57,421 nucleotides of DNA from Candidatus Komeilibacteria bacterium CG_4_10_14_0_2_um_filter_37_10. Lineage in GTDB: Bacteria > Patescibacteriota > Patescibacteriia > UBA1558. The stretch spans positions 1 to 57,421 of the forward strand of contig PFPO01000073.1 in NCBI GenBank assembly GCA_002793075.1, read 5' to 3'. Positions 9,953 to 18,295 of this stretch are shown here, one piece after another. Numbering within the stretch: position 1 is the first letter of the stretch; each line of letters starts with the position of its first letter. Both the position numbers and the translations under genes were made by a program. The notes under the pieces are model-generated. The model did no database searches. It was given only the letters and a program-made list of their open reading frames with translations, and was not told the origin of the DNA.

Positions 9953-9992
9953 CGGACCTCCTTTTCTATCTTTGTACTACTATCTCTAATTA

Positions 9993-10021
9993 TTGTCAAT
10001 AATTATATTATCTGTTATATT
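9993..10021 (+). promoter_or_regulatory. candidate sigma70-type promoter for secA
   Basis: TTGTCA (9993-9998), 17-nt spacer, TATATT (10016-10021). The opposite strand reads TTGACA at 9994-9999, so the two -35 boxes overlap back to back. Confidence 0.35.
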
Positions 10022-10053
10022 AAGTCCAGTTTACTATTAATTTCTGCAAATAA

Positions 10054-12798
10054 ATGAGCTTACTTAATTTTATTTTCGGTGACGCAAATGAGAAATATAT
10101 CAAATCACTGCAACCACTAGTAGAACAGATAAACAAATTAGAAACAGACATTGGATTATTATCCAGCGAAGAGTTACGAAATAAAACCATTGAATTTAAG
10201 AAACGTTTAGTTGACGGTGAATCTCTCGATAATATTTTACCGGAGGCTTTTGCTGTGGTGCGCGAGGCCGCCAAAAGAACATTAAAGCAACGACACTTTG
10301 ATGTCCAATTGATCGGTGGCATAGTTTTACATCGTGGGCAGATAGCGGAGATGAGAACTGGTGAAGGAAAAACAATAACTGCTACTTTGCCAGTTTATCT
10401 AAATGCCTTAACCGGTAAGGGTGTCCATGTTGTCACGGTAAATGACTATCTAGCTAAACGTGATGCTACTTGGATGGGGCAAATTTATAATTATTTAGGT
10501 TTATCAGTTGGTGTCATTCAGCACGAAACAGCGTATTTGTACGATGCCCAGTTTGTTGATGAAAATTCTACCATTGATAAAATTCGTGATCAGGGCGTGG
10601 CAGTAGAACCAGAGTTACTTAAACCATGTTATCGTCAGGAGGCATATGCGGCTGATATTATTTATGGCACCAACAACGAATTTGGTTTTGATTATTTGAA
10701 AGATAATATGGTACCGAGTACGCAGCAAATGTCGCAGCGTGAACTATATTATGCCATTGTTGATGAAGTTGATTCGATTCTAATCGACGAAGCGCGAACG
10801 CCATTAATTATTTCCGCGCCAGCTGAGGAGTCTACTGACGAATACTATCATTTTGCGAAGATCGTTCGTAATTTACAAGTGAATTCTGATTATAATATTG
10901 ATGAAAAGCTCCGAGCTGTGACTTTGACTGAAGACGGTATGACGAAAGTGGAAAAGATTTTAGGTGTCGATAATATTTATCAAAGTAAGGGCTTACGAAC
11001 TGTTCATCATTTGGAACAAGCGCTGAAAGCTGAGGTTTTGTTTAAAAAGGATAAAGACTACGTAGTCAAAGACGATGAAGTAATTATTGTTGATGAATTT
11101 ACCGGTCGCATGATGTTTGGTCGTCGTTATTCTGAAGGACTACACCAAGCTATTGAAGCTAAGGAAGATGTCAAAATTCAAAAAGAAAGTTTAACCCTAG
11201 CTACTATTACTTTTCAAAATTATTTTCGCATCTATCAGAAACTAGCTGGCATGACCGGTACCGCAGCAACTGAAGCTGAAGAATTCGCGAAAATTTACAA
11301 GCTGGACGTTACCGTCATCCCGACGAATAAAGAGATTATTAGAATTGACCATAATGATTTAATCTATCAAGACGAGGCTAGTAAATTCAGAGCTATTGTT
11401 CAAGAAATAAAGAAACGTTATGAAAAGAAACAACCAGTCTTGGTTGGCACTATCTCAATCGCTAAAAATGAATTACTATCGGAGCTTTTGAAGCGCGAGG
11501 GCGTCCCTCATCAACTATTAAATGCTAAACAACACGAAAAAGAAGCTTCGACTATTGCCCAAGCCGGTAAATTACAGGCCGTAACTATTGCTACTAATAT
11601 GGCAGGTCGCGGTGTGGATATTATTTTAGGTGGCAACCCAGTTGATCAACAGGAAGCTGAACAAGTAAAATCATTGGGTGGACTGCTAGTCATCGGTACT
11701 GAAAGACATGAATCCCGACGCATAGATAATCAATTGCGTGGTCGCGCTGGGCGTCAAGGTGATCCCGGATCCACACTATTTTATGTTTCACTCGACGATG
11801 ATCTGATGCGTATCTTCGGCTCGGAAAGGATGAAATCTTTGATGAAGACTTTGAAGGTGCCTGAAGATATGCCGATTGAGAATGGCATGATTAGCAAGTC
11901 GATTGAGTCAGCGCAACGAAAAGTTGAGGGGCATAATTTTGATATTAGAAAGCATCTGGTTGAGTATGATGATGTGATTAATAAACATCGAGAGGTTATT
12001 TATCAACGACGAAAAAATATTTTACTGATGGCTGAAGGTCGCACTGATAATTTAAATTGGCTTAATATCGATGGCCAACCAATCAAAAGCTTATCCGATT
12101 ACATTGCCGATTTAATCAATCAAGAATTGGATCAGGTGATAAATTTTCATACTACGGCGGAAGGTCAACAGGACTATCAAGAGATATTGGAAACTTTGAA
12201 ATCAATATGTCAATTGGCAGATTCCGAGATTGCGGAGTACCACAAAATCATCAATGATCATGAGTTAGAATCGCATCAAATCAGACATCAATTGATTGAA
12301 CACTCGCGTCAGTTATTGCAAGCGAAATATACTGATTTGCAAGCCAAGTTCGCGGCGACTGTGGGCGATGCTACTGCTTGGTCGCGAGTGGAATTGTCAC
12401 TAATATTGCGGACGATTGATAATTTATGGATTGATCACTTAGAAGCTATTGATTATTTAAAGCAAGGTATTGGCTTGCGTGGTTACGGACAACGTGATCC
12501 GCTAGTAGAATACAAAAAGGAATCGTTTTTACTTTTTGATCAGTTGTTAGATTCCATTCAAAATGAAATTGTTTATAATATTTTTAAATTAGGCGAAACA
12601 ATAAATATCGGTGGCAAAGATTTAGCCAATCGTCCACTTAATTTAATCAAAAATAATCCCACTTCCCAATTTGCCCAGCAAGAGACTGAGCGTCAATCAG
12701 CGGTTACGAAAACTTTTAATAATGAACCCAAGGTAGGACGTAACGAGCCATGTCCGTGTGGTAGCGGGAAGAAATATAAAAAGTGTCATGGGGTGTAG
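10054..12798 (+). CDS. secA: preprotein translocase ATPase SecA
   Basis: 914 aa. Motor motifs [14 protein letters not shown] and [19 protein letters not shown], plus [11 protein letters not shown]-terminal zinc finger [14 protein letters not shown]. Confidence 0.97.
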   Translation: MSLLNFIFGDANEKYIKSLQPLVEQINKLETDIGLLSSEELRNKTIEFKKRLVDGESLDNILPEAFAVVREAAKRTLKQRHFDVQLIGGIVLHRGQIAEMRTGEGKTITATLPVYLNALTGKGVHVVTVNDYLAKRDATWMGQIYNYLGLSVGVIQHETAYLYDAQFVDENSTIDKIRDQGVAVEPELLKPCYRQEAYAADIIYGTNNEFGFDYLKDNMVPSTQQMSQRELYYAIVDEVDSILIDEARTPLIISAPAEESTDEYYHFAKIVRNLQVNSDYNIDEKLRAVTLTEDGMTKVEKILGVDNIYQSKGLRTVHHLEQALKAEVLFKKDKDYVVKDDEVIIVDEFTGRMMFGRRYSEGLHQAIEAKEDVKIQKESLTLATITFQNYFRIYQKLAGMTGTAATEAEEFAKIYKLDVTVIPTNKEIIRIDHNDLIYQDEASKFRAIVQEIKKRYEKKQPVLVGTISIAKNELLSELLKREGVPHQLLNAKQHEKEASTIAQAGKLQAVTIATNMAGRGVDIILGGNPVDQQEAEQVKSLGGLLVIGTERHESRRIDNQLRGRAGRQGDPGSTLFYVSLDDDLMRIFGSERMKSLMKTLKVPEDMPIENGMISKSIESAQRKVEGHNFDIRKHLVEYDDVINKHREVIYQRRKNILLMAEGRTDNLNWLNIDGQPIKSLSDYIADLINQELDQVINFHTTAEGQQDYQEILETLKSICQLADSEIAEYHKIINDHELESHQIRHQLIEHSRQLLQAKYTDLQAKFAATVGDATAWSRVELSLILRTIDNLWIDHLEAIDYLKQGIGLRGYGQRDPLVEYKKESFLLFDQLLDSIQNEIVYNIFKLGETINIGGKDLANRPLNLIKNNPTSQFAQQETERQSAVTKTFNNEPKVGRNEPCPCGSGKKYKKCHGV

Positions 12799-12813
12799 GA
12801 GTATAATAAAACT

Positions 12814-13224
12814 ATGGAAAAAATAACTTACACATTTATAGTAGCGGGAGTAGTTATTAAGCAAGACGATAAATATTTACTTGTGCAGGAAAATCGTCCA
12901 GGCACTGAAGTTAATGGTTTGTGGAATTTTCCGGCGGGAAAGGTTGAAGAAGGTGATTCAATTGAACAAACGGCAATAAAGGAAGCAAAGGAAGAAGTTG
13001 GATACGATGTAGATCTGATTCGTAAAATTGATATCTTCCAAGCACACTCAAATACACCACCTAAACACGCCTTTGAGGCGAAAATTGTTGGCGGAAAACT
13101 TGATTGGCCGAAGAACGAAATTATGGATGCAAGATGGTTTACTTGGCAAGAAATTCAAGAAATGAAAGAGAGTCTGCGATCTGAATGGATTATCGGAGCA
13201 GTGAGTATACTAGAAAGTATATGA
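12814..13224 (+). CDS. NUDIX hydrolase
   Basis: Near-consensus Nudix box GKVEEGDSIEQTAIKEAKEEVGY, with E->D and R->K relative to GX5EX7REUXEEXGU. Confidence 0.85.
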   Translation: MEKITYTFIVAGVVIKQDDKYLLVQENRPGTEVNGLWNFPAGKVEEGDSIEQTAIKEAKEEVGYDVDLIRKIDIFQAHSNTPPKHAFEAKIVGGKLDWPKNEIMDARWFTWQEIQEMKESLRSEWIIGAVSILESI

Positions 13225-13703
13225 TTAGATTAAGAAAAATCAATGCTTCTGATGAAGAATATTTTGTTAAATGGTGGCGAGATAAATTATTATTGAGAGT
13301 GACCAGTGGAGAGTTGAGAAGGATTTCAAATCAAGAAGTTAATGAATATTTTAGTAGAATATTAGAAGATAAAAAAGATAAGCAGTATATGATAACGGTA
13401 AATGGGAAAGTAATTGGTCACTTAGCATTGAAACAGAGAAGGGGTGGTTGGTATGAAACACAGATTGTTATTGGTGAGAAAAATCAACAAAACAGAGGAC
13501 ATGGCACAAAGGCGATAAAACAACTTTTAAATAAAGCACGGAAATTTTGTATTAAAAAAATTTATTTAGAAGTTCGGCCAAATAACCTAAGAGCAATTAA
13601 GGTTTACGAGAAATGCGGTTTTCAAAAAGTCGAGATAAAAAAGTATCCAAGAAATAGGTATTTAATGCAAACTTTAAGAATGATTATCCGAACGCAGGAA
13701 TAA
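13221..13703 (+). CDS. GNAT family N-acetyltransferase
   Basis: Acetyl-CoA binding segment QQNRGHGTKAIKQLL followed by NLRAIKVYEKCGFQ. The ATG at 13221 gives an ATGA overlap with the upstream stop, so the longer tracked start at 13185 was rejected. Confidence 0.8.
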   Translation: MIRLRKINASDEEYFVKWWRDKLLLRVTSGELRRISNQEVNEYFSRILEDKKDKQYMITVNGKVIGHLALKQRRGGWYETQIVIGEKNQQNRGHGTKAIKQLLNKARKFCIKKIYLEVRPNNLRAIKVYEKCGFQKVEIKKYPRNRYLMQTLRMIIRTQE

Positions 13704-13747
13704 TATCAAGAGATACCACGAAGTTTAGAAATTTATTAAATAAAAAT

Positions 13748-14074
13748 ATGGACCAACCAAAAAATGTTAAAATTGTAGTATTTGTGCCAGAGTCACATGC
13801 GGATATAGTTCGCAGTGTGATAGAGGAAACTGGTTCAGGAAAAATCGGAAACTATACACAATGTAGTTTTTCTGTAAAAGGTGTGGGTAGATTTAAACCT
13901 GAAGACGGTGCCCATCCAGCAATCGGTGAAGTTGGAAAATTAGAATCAGTTCAGGAAGAAAGAATAGAATTTGTCTGCGATCGTGCCCAAGCAAAAGATG
14001 TTGTCGTAGCCATCAAGAAAGTACATCCCTATGAAGAAGTGGTGATAGATATATATTCGTTAGAGGAAATTTAA
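13748..14074 (+). CDS. NIF3/YqfO insert-domain-like small protein (PII/CutA-like fold predicted)
   Basis: 108 aa. The pattern GKIGNYTQCSF...GVGRFKPEDGAHPAIGEVGKLESVQEERIEF resembles the inserted domain of YqfO/NIF3 proteins. Recognition is from memory only. Confidence 0.45.
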   Translation: MDQPKNVKIVVFVPESHADIVRSVIEETGSGKIGNYTQCSFSVKGVGRFKPEDGAHPAIGEVGKLESVQEERIEFVCDRAQAKDVVVAIKKVHPYEEVVIDIYSLEEI

Positions 14075-14109
14075 TTTTTGATGTATTTGAAAAGTAATAT
14101 CAAAATATT

Positions 14110-14478
14110 ATGGAACGTAATTCATCAAAATCATTGATCTTAGCAAAGCAGTTCCTTGGTCAAGAAGTGAATATTATTATTGATCGACCTTTGGGCAGTC
14201 GTCATCCTAAGCACGACACGATCTATGAAGTGAACTATGGTTACCTTCCTGGTGTTTTGGCACCCGACGGTGAAGAATTAGATGTCTATTATTTGGGATC
14301 AAAAATAATATTAGGTGAAGCAACGGGCATTGTGCGAGCAATTATTCATCGATTAGAAGACGACGATGATAAATTAGTAGTGATGCCTCATAATACTGAT
14401 ATGACTGATGAAGAAATTGAAAAAGCAGTACTATTTCAAGAAAGATATTTTAAACACGAAATTATTAGAAGTATATGA
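14110..14478 (+). CDS. short inorganic pyrophosphatase-like protein
   Basis: VNYGYLPGVLAPDGEELDVYYLG matches the family I PPase signature D-[SGDN]-D-[PE]-[LIVMF]-D-[LIVMGAC] with one D->E change. DDDDKLVV follows. At 122 aa it is shorter than canonical PPase. Confidence 0.55.
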   Translation: MERNSSKSLILAKQFLGQEVNIIIDRPLGSRHPKHDTIYEVNYGYLPGVLAPDGEELDVYYLGSKIILGEATGIVRAIIHRLEDDDDKLVVMPHNTDMTDEEIEKAVLFQERYFKHEIIRSI

Positions 14479-14960
14479 TAAAAATATTAACTCTATGCTT
14501 CGTTATAAAAAATAACCAGATTTTACTAGGTATGAAGAAGCGTGGTTTTGGTGTTGGTCACTGGAATGGTTTTGGTGGTAAAGTTGAAGCGGGGGAAACA
14601 ATTGAACAAGCAGCACAACGAGAACTGAAAGAAGAGGCTGGGATAAGATCTGTTGATTTAATAAAGAAAGGTATTATTGACTTTACTTTTCTTGAGCAAT
14701 CACCTAATTTGCAAGTACATATTTTTAGCTGCTCAGAGTACCAAGAGGAGATTCGGGAAACTGAAGAGATGAAACCCGAGTGGTTTGAACTGGATAAGTT
14801 ACCACTGGCACAAATGTGGGAAGCGGATAGAGTTTGGTTACCATTTTTATTAGCTAATAAAAAATTTCAAGGATCATTTTTATATGATCACGCTTCCACA
14901 GCTAATGATCCCGGTATAATAATAAAGCAAGATATTAAAGAAATTTTTGGAATTAATTAA
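14475..14960 (+). CDS. NUDIX hydrolase, MutT/MTH1-like (8-oxo-dGTPase-like)
   Basis: Perfect Nudix box GGKVEAGETIEQAAQRELKEEAGI, preceded by GHWNGFGG as in MTH1/NUDT1-like enzymes. ATGA overlap with the upstream gene. Confidence 0.8.
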   Translation: MIKILTLCFVIKNNQILLGMKKRGFGVGHWNGFGGKVEAGETIEQAAQRELKEEAGIRSVDLIKKGIIDFTFLEQSPNLQVHIFSCSEYQEEIRETEEMKPEWFELDKLPLAQMWEADRVWLPFLLANKKFQGSFLYDHASTANDPGIIIKQDIKEIFGIN

Positions 14961-14971
14961 TTAATATTTTT

Positions 14972-15424
14972 ATGGCCAACGATTATTACCAAAATTTACC
15001 TACTAAACGTATGTCTGCTTTAGCACTGTATTATAATGAGCAAAAGGATATTTTAATCGTTAAACCGAATTATGCAGATTATTGGCTGCTACCCGGGGGT
15101 GTTATTGAGAAAGACGAATCACCATTACAGGCTATTCAAAGAGAAATCCAAGAAGAAATAGGCTTAGAGCAACAAGATTTTAAATTAGTAGTAGTCGACT
15201 ACGTAGCAACTGATGAGCACTCAGAGAGTATCAAATTTTTGTTCATAGGCGGTGATTTAGCAGTTGATAAAATAAAATTGGATAATAAAGAGTTATCAGA
15301 ATTTAAATATGTTAAATTAGATAAAGCTCTTATGTTGCTGCATAAAAACATTGCCCAAAGAATAGAAACATATTTTCAGGAGCAAAAGGAATTTCTCTAC
15401 ATAGAAAATGGCCAATTAATTTAG
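14972..15424 (+). CDS. NUDIX hydrolase
   Basis: Perfect Nudix box GGVIEKDESPLQAIQREIQEEIGL. Confidence 0.8.
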   Translation: MANDYYQNLPTKRMSALALYYNEQKDILIVKPNYADYWLLPGGVIEKDESPLQAIQREIQEEIGLEQQDFKLVVVDYVATDEHSESIKFLFIGGDLAVDKIKLDNKELSEFKYVKLDKALMLLHKNIAQRIETYFQEQKEFLYIENGQLI

Positions 15425-15425
15425 T

Positions 15426-16049
15426 ATGAAGATAATACCAAATCAAATTTATCAACATTACAAAACAAAAGACTTTTATCAAGTTGTGAGCATTGTTAAA
15501 GATTCAGAAACACTAGAACCAATGGTTGTCTATCAAAATATTAAAACGAAAGAAACTTGGGTGCGATCATTATCAATGTTTAGTGGTCAAATTATAATCA
15601 GGCAAAGGAAAGTAAAGAGATTTAAATTAATTTCAGCTTCCCCCAAGGTTAATAAGATTATCATTGCTTCTGGCCCAGTCATTGTGGAAAATAATTGTGT
15701 CTTACTAGTAAAACATGGTAAAGATAACTTTTGGAAATTTTGTGGTGGTCGGATAGAGAATCAGGCAGAAAATTTAATTACCACTGCCCAAAGAGAATCA
15801 CAGGAAGAGTTGGGTATCAACTTGCAAATAATGAAACAAGACCCATATTTTTATTATACTCAGAAAAAAGATCAGCAGACTGTGATTGATATAATTTTAG
15901 TTCATTACTTAGCTAAAAGAAGAGGAGTTATTAAGCCAGGAGCGGATATTAAAAATTGGCAATGGTTAAAGTTATCAGAGATTAATAGAAAGCACGATCT
16001 AGCACCCAATATCACTCCCACATTAAAACATTTTTTGTTAATTAAATAG
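15426..16049 (+). CDS. DUF1653-like N-terminal domain fused to a NUDIX hydrolase
   Basis: The N-terminus YQHYKTKDFYQVVSIVKDSETLEPMVVYQ resembles DUF1653. The C-terminal Nudix box GGRIENQAENLITTAQRESQEELGI has a G-x6-E spacing. Confidence 0.7.
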   Translation: MKIIPNQIYQHYKTKDFYQVVSIVKDSETLEPMVVYQNIKTKETWVRSLSMFSGQIIIRQRKVKRFKLISASPKVNKIIIASGPVIVENNCVLLVKHGKDNFWKFCGGRIENQAENLITTAQRESQEELGINLQIMKQDPYFYYTQKKDQQTVIDIILVHYLAKRRGVIKPGADIKNWQWLKLSEINRKHDLAPNITPTLKHFLLIK

Positions 16050-16068
16050 GGAATAGTTATCTACTTGT

Positions 16069-17178
16069 ATGCAAAATGAATCTAATCTAAAATTTGAACA
16101 GAAAGAAAAAACTAATCCAGAAATAGAAATTGGAAATCCTCATGACATTGAAGGTCTTCTTTTATTTTCAATATTGCAAAATAAAATAGATATCAGTACC
16201 TGTGACACCAAGGAAGGTAAGGAAATACTAGCCGAATATCAAGTTGAAGATTTGCGTAAGTTTAGAATTCAATATCAAGAATTGGTAGAATTGACTGATA
16301 GTAATAAAGAATTAATAGATTGGTTATCTTTCTCATTTAACAAAAATCAAGATATTAAAGATTGTGTTCTTGAGCAAATAAAAATGCATAAATCTCCTTA
16401 TTTGCATATTAAACTTAATTATCTTATGTTGAAATTTCATAATCTAATAGCTGAATTTCAGCAAACTATTACCGTGAACGAAAAGACAAGTGATTATATT
16501 AACAATGATATTGATCGAAGGCAGAACGATTTATCGGAATTAAAAAATAAAATTAATGAAGCTATAAGTTTTTTTCTGCCAAAGAATTTTGGTAATATTA
16601 AGGAATATGTATATTTGCCTCACAATCCGTTAATGAAATCACAATCTGGTTTCGGAATGCACTTAGGTGAAACATATTATATTATGTCAGATCATAATAA
16701 CCGAGTTAATGAAGTTCATGAATTTCTCCATTCTATTATTAATCCAATAACGGAGAAAATAAAACTAACAGAGGTAGAAAAACGGAGTATATTAGAATTT
16801 TCTACTGAAAAAACCAAAGAACATTATGAATTTGCTGCCAGTATTTTAAATGAAACTTTAATTAGGTCTTATCGAACGGGATTTAATGTCGAAAATCAAC
16901 CTACTTTTGAGTCTTTTAAAAAAATATTGTTATCAACGCCGCGTAATATTATTATTGAGATCTTAGCGCGTGAGCATGGATCTCCTATTACCGATAATAT
17001 AGACGAACTATTAAATGATGAGAGTATTACGCGTCAATATTATGATAAATATGTCAGAGATAAATTTAAAGATAAAGTTTGGGAATTCTACAAAAGTTAT
17101 CAAGCAGAAATAAATCAAAATAATACTCAGTCTTTTGAAGATTATTTCTTACAAAATTATAAAAGTATATTTGAATAA
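16069..17178 (+). CDS. hypothetical cytoplasmic protein with a single HExxH motif
   Basis: 369 aa with no signal peptide and one HEFLH motif (VNEVHEFLHSIINP). Two 60-nt lines hand-counted within the gene are more AT-rich than lines counted elsewhere. No family recognised. Confidence 0.5.
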   Translation: MQNESNLKFEQKEKTNPEIEIGNPHDIEGLLLFSILQNKIDISTCDTKEGKEILAEYQVEDLRKFRIQYQELVELTDSNKELIDWLSFSFNKNQDIKDCVLEQIKMHKSPYLHIKLNYLMLKFHNLIAEFQQTITVNEKTSDYINNDIDRRQNDLSELKNKINEAISFFLPKNFGNIKEYVYLPHNPLMKSQSGFGMHLGETYYIMSDHNNRVNEVHEFLHSIINPITEKIKLTEVEKRSILEFSTEKTKEHYEFAASILNETLIRSYRTGFNVENQPTFESFKKILLSTPRNIIIEILAREHGSPITDNIDELLNDESITRQYYDKYVRDKFKDKVWEFYKSYQAEINQNNTQSFEDYFLQNYKSIFE

Positions 17179-17184
17179 TTATAA

Positions 17185-18264
17185 ATGGTTAAATTAAAAA
17201 AAAGAACAAAAGTAGCTATTGCTATGTCCGGCGGTGTGGATTCATCAGTCGCTGCTTATTTATTATCCCAACAAGAAAAATATGATGTTACCGGCATTTA
17301 TATGCGTAATTGGAGCGAAGAGTTACCAGAGATCAAAGGCTGCCCATGGGAAACAGATCAACGGGACGCGCAGTTAGTCGCCGATCAATTAAAAATACCT
17401 TTTTATGTAGTGAACTTTGAAAAGGAATATTATGAGCTAGTGGTGCAATATATGATTGATAATTACCAACGAGGTTTGACTCCTAATCCGGACGTGATGT
17501 GTAATCAGGAAATCAAGTTTGGTGTTTTTTTAGATAAAGTTTTAAATTTAGGATTTGATCTAATGGCAACTGGACACTACGCTAGTGTTAGCAAAATAAA
17601 TAATCAATATTATATTGGGCAGGCAAAGGATTTAAATAAGGATCAATCATATTTTTTAGCCAGACTGAAAGATGAACAGATTCGACATACAATTTTTCCT
17701 TTAAGTAATTTAACAAAACCGAAAATCAGAAAGATCGCCAAACAAATAAAGTTGCCAGTGGCCGATAAAAAAGATTCCCAGGGTATTTGCTTTATTGGCA
17801 ATATAAAAGTTCGTGATTTTTTAAAACGCAAATTTAAAGGAACGCCAGGAAAAATTATTGATATTCATAATAAAAAAATACTCGGTCAACATCAAGGTGT
17901 GGAGTTTTTTACTATTGGTCAACGGGAAGGTATCGAAGTCGGTGGTACTGGTCCGTACTATGTCGTTAATAAGAGTTTAAAGAGTGGTAATTTATTCGTT
18001 ACTAATAATATCGATGATCCATTACTCATCAGCAAACAACTGATTTTGCATTCTGTTCGTTGGTTAGCAGCGAGTCCGAAACAACCATTAAAATGCGGTG
18101 TACGCATCCGTTATCGCGACAAAATAATTCCCTGCCAAGTATTAATCAAGCATAAATTGATAACCGTTAAATTAGCAGCTGGACAACGCGCAGTCACTCC
18201 TGGTCAAGTTGCTGCTTTTTACGATCAACAGGGAATAATAATTGGTAGCGGCATTATTGCTTGA
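17185..18264 (+). CDS. mnmA: tRNA 2-thiouridine(34) synthase
   Basis: PP-loop AMSGGVDSSVAA. Motifs NPDVMCN, KDQSYFL and DSQGICFIG are typical of MnmA/TrmU. Confidence 0.92.
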   Translation: MVKLKKRTKVAIAMSGGVDSSVAAYLLSQQEKYDVTGIYMRNWSEELPEIKGCPWETDQRDAQLVADQLKIPFYVVNFEKEYYELVVQYMIDNYQRGLTPNPDVMCNQEIKFGVFLDKVLNLGFDLMATGHYASVSKINNQYYIGQAKDLNKDQSYFLARLKDEQIRHTIFPLSNLTKPKIRKIAKQIKLPVADKKDSQGICFIGNIKVRDFLKRKFKGTPGKIIDIHNKKILGQHQGVEFFTIGQREGIEVGGTGPYYVVNKSLKSGNLFVTNNIDDPLLISKQLILHSVRWLAASPKQPLKCGVRIRYRDKIIPCQVLIKHKLITVKLAAGQRAVTPGQVAAFYDQQGIIIGSGIIA

Positions 18265-18288
18265 TTTTATCCTTATTTTTGTTAAAAT
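18261..18288 (+). promoter_or_regulatory. candidate promoter giving a leaderless alaS mRNA
   Basis: TTGATT (18261-18266), 16-nt spacer, TAAAAT (18283-18288), then 7 nt to the ATG at 18296. Confidence 0.35.
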
Positions 18289-18295
18289 TGAAGTC

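Noticed and set aside
12795-12800. AGGAG upstream of the first NUDIX gene as a Shine-Dalgarno site
   Set aside because: It lies 13 nt from the ATG, too far for an SD. It abuts the TATAAT, so the region is better read as a promoter.
5113-13224. Alternative genetic code (UGA read as sense, as in some candidate phyla)
   Set aside because: TGA terminates murD, ftsW, murC and the first NUDIX gene at the expected protein lengths, each in an ATGA overlap with the next start. Standard code 11 fits.
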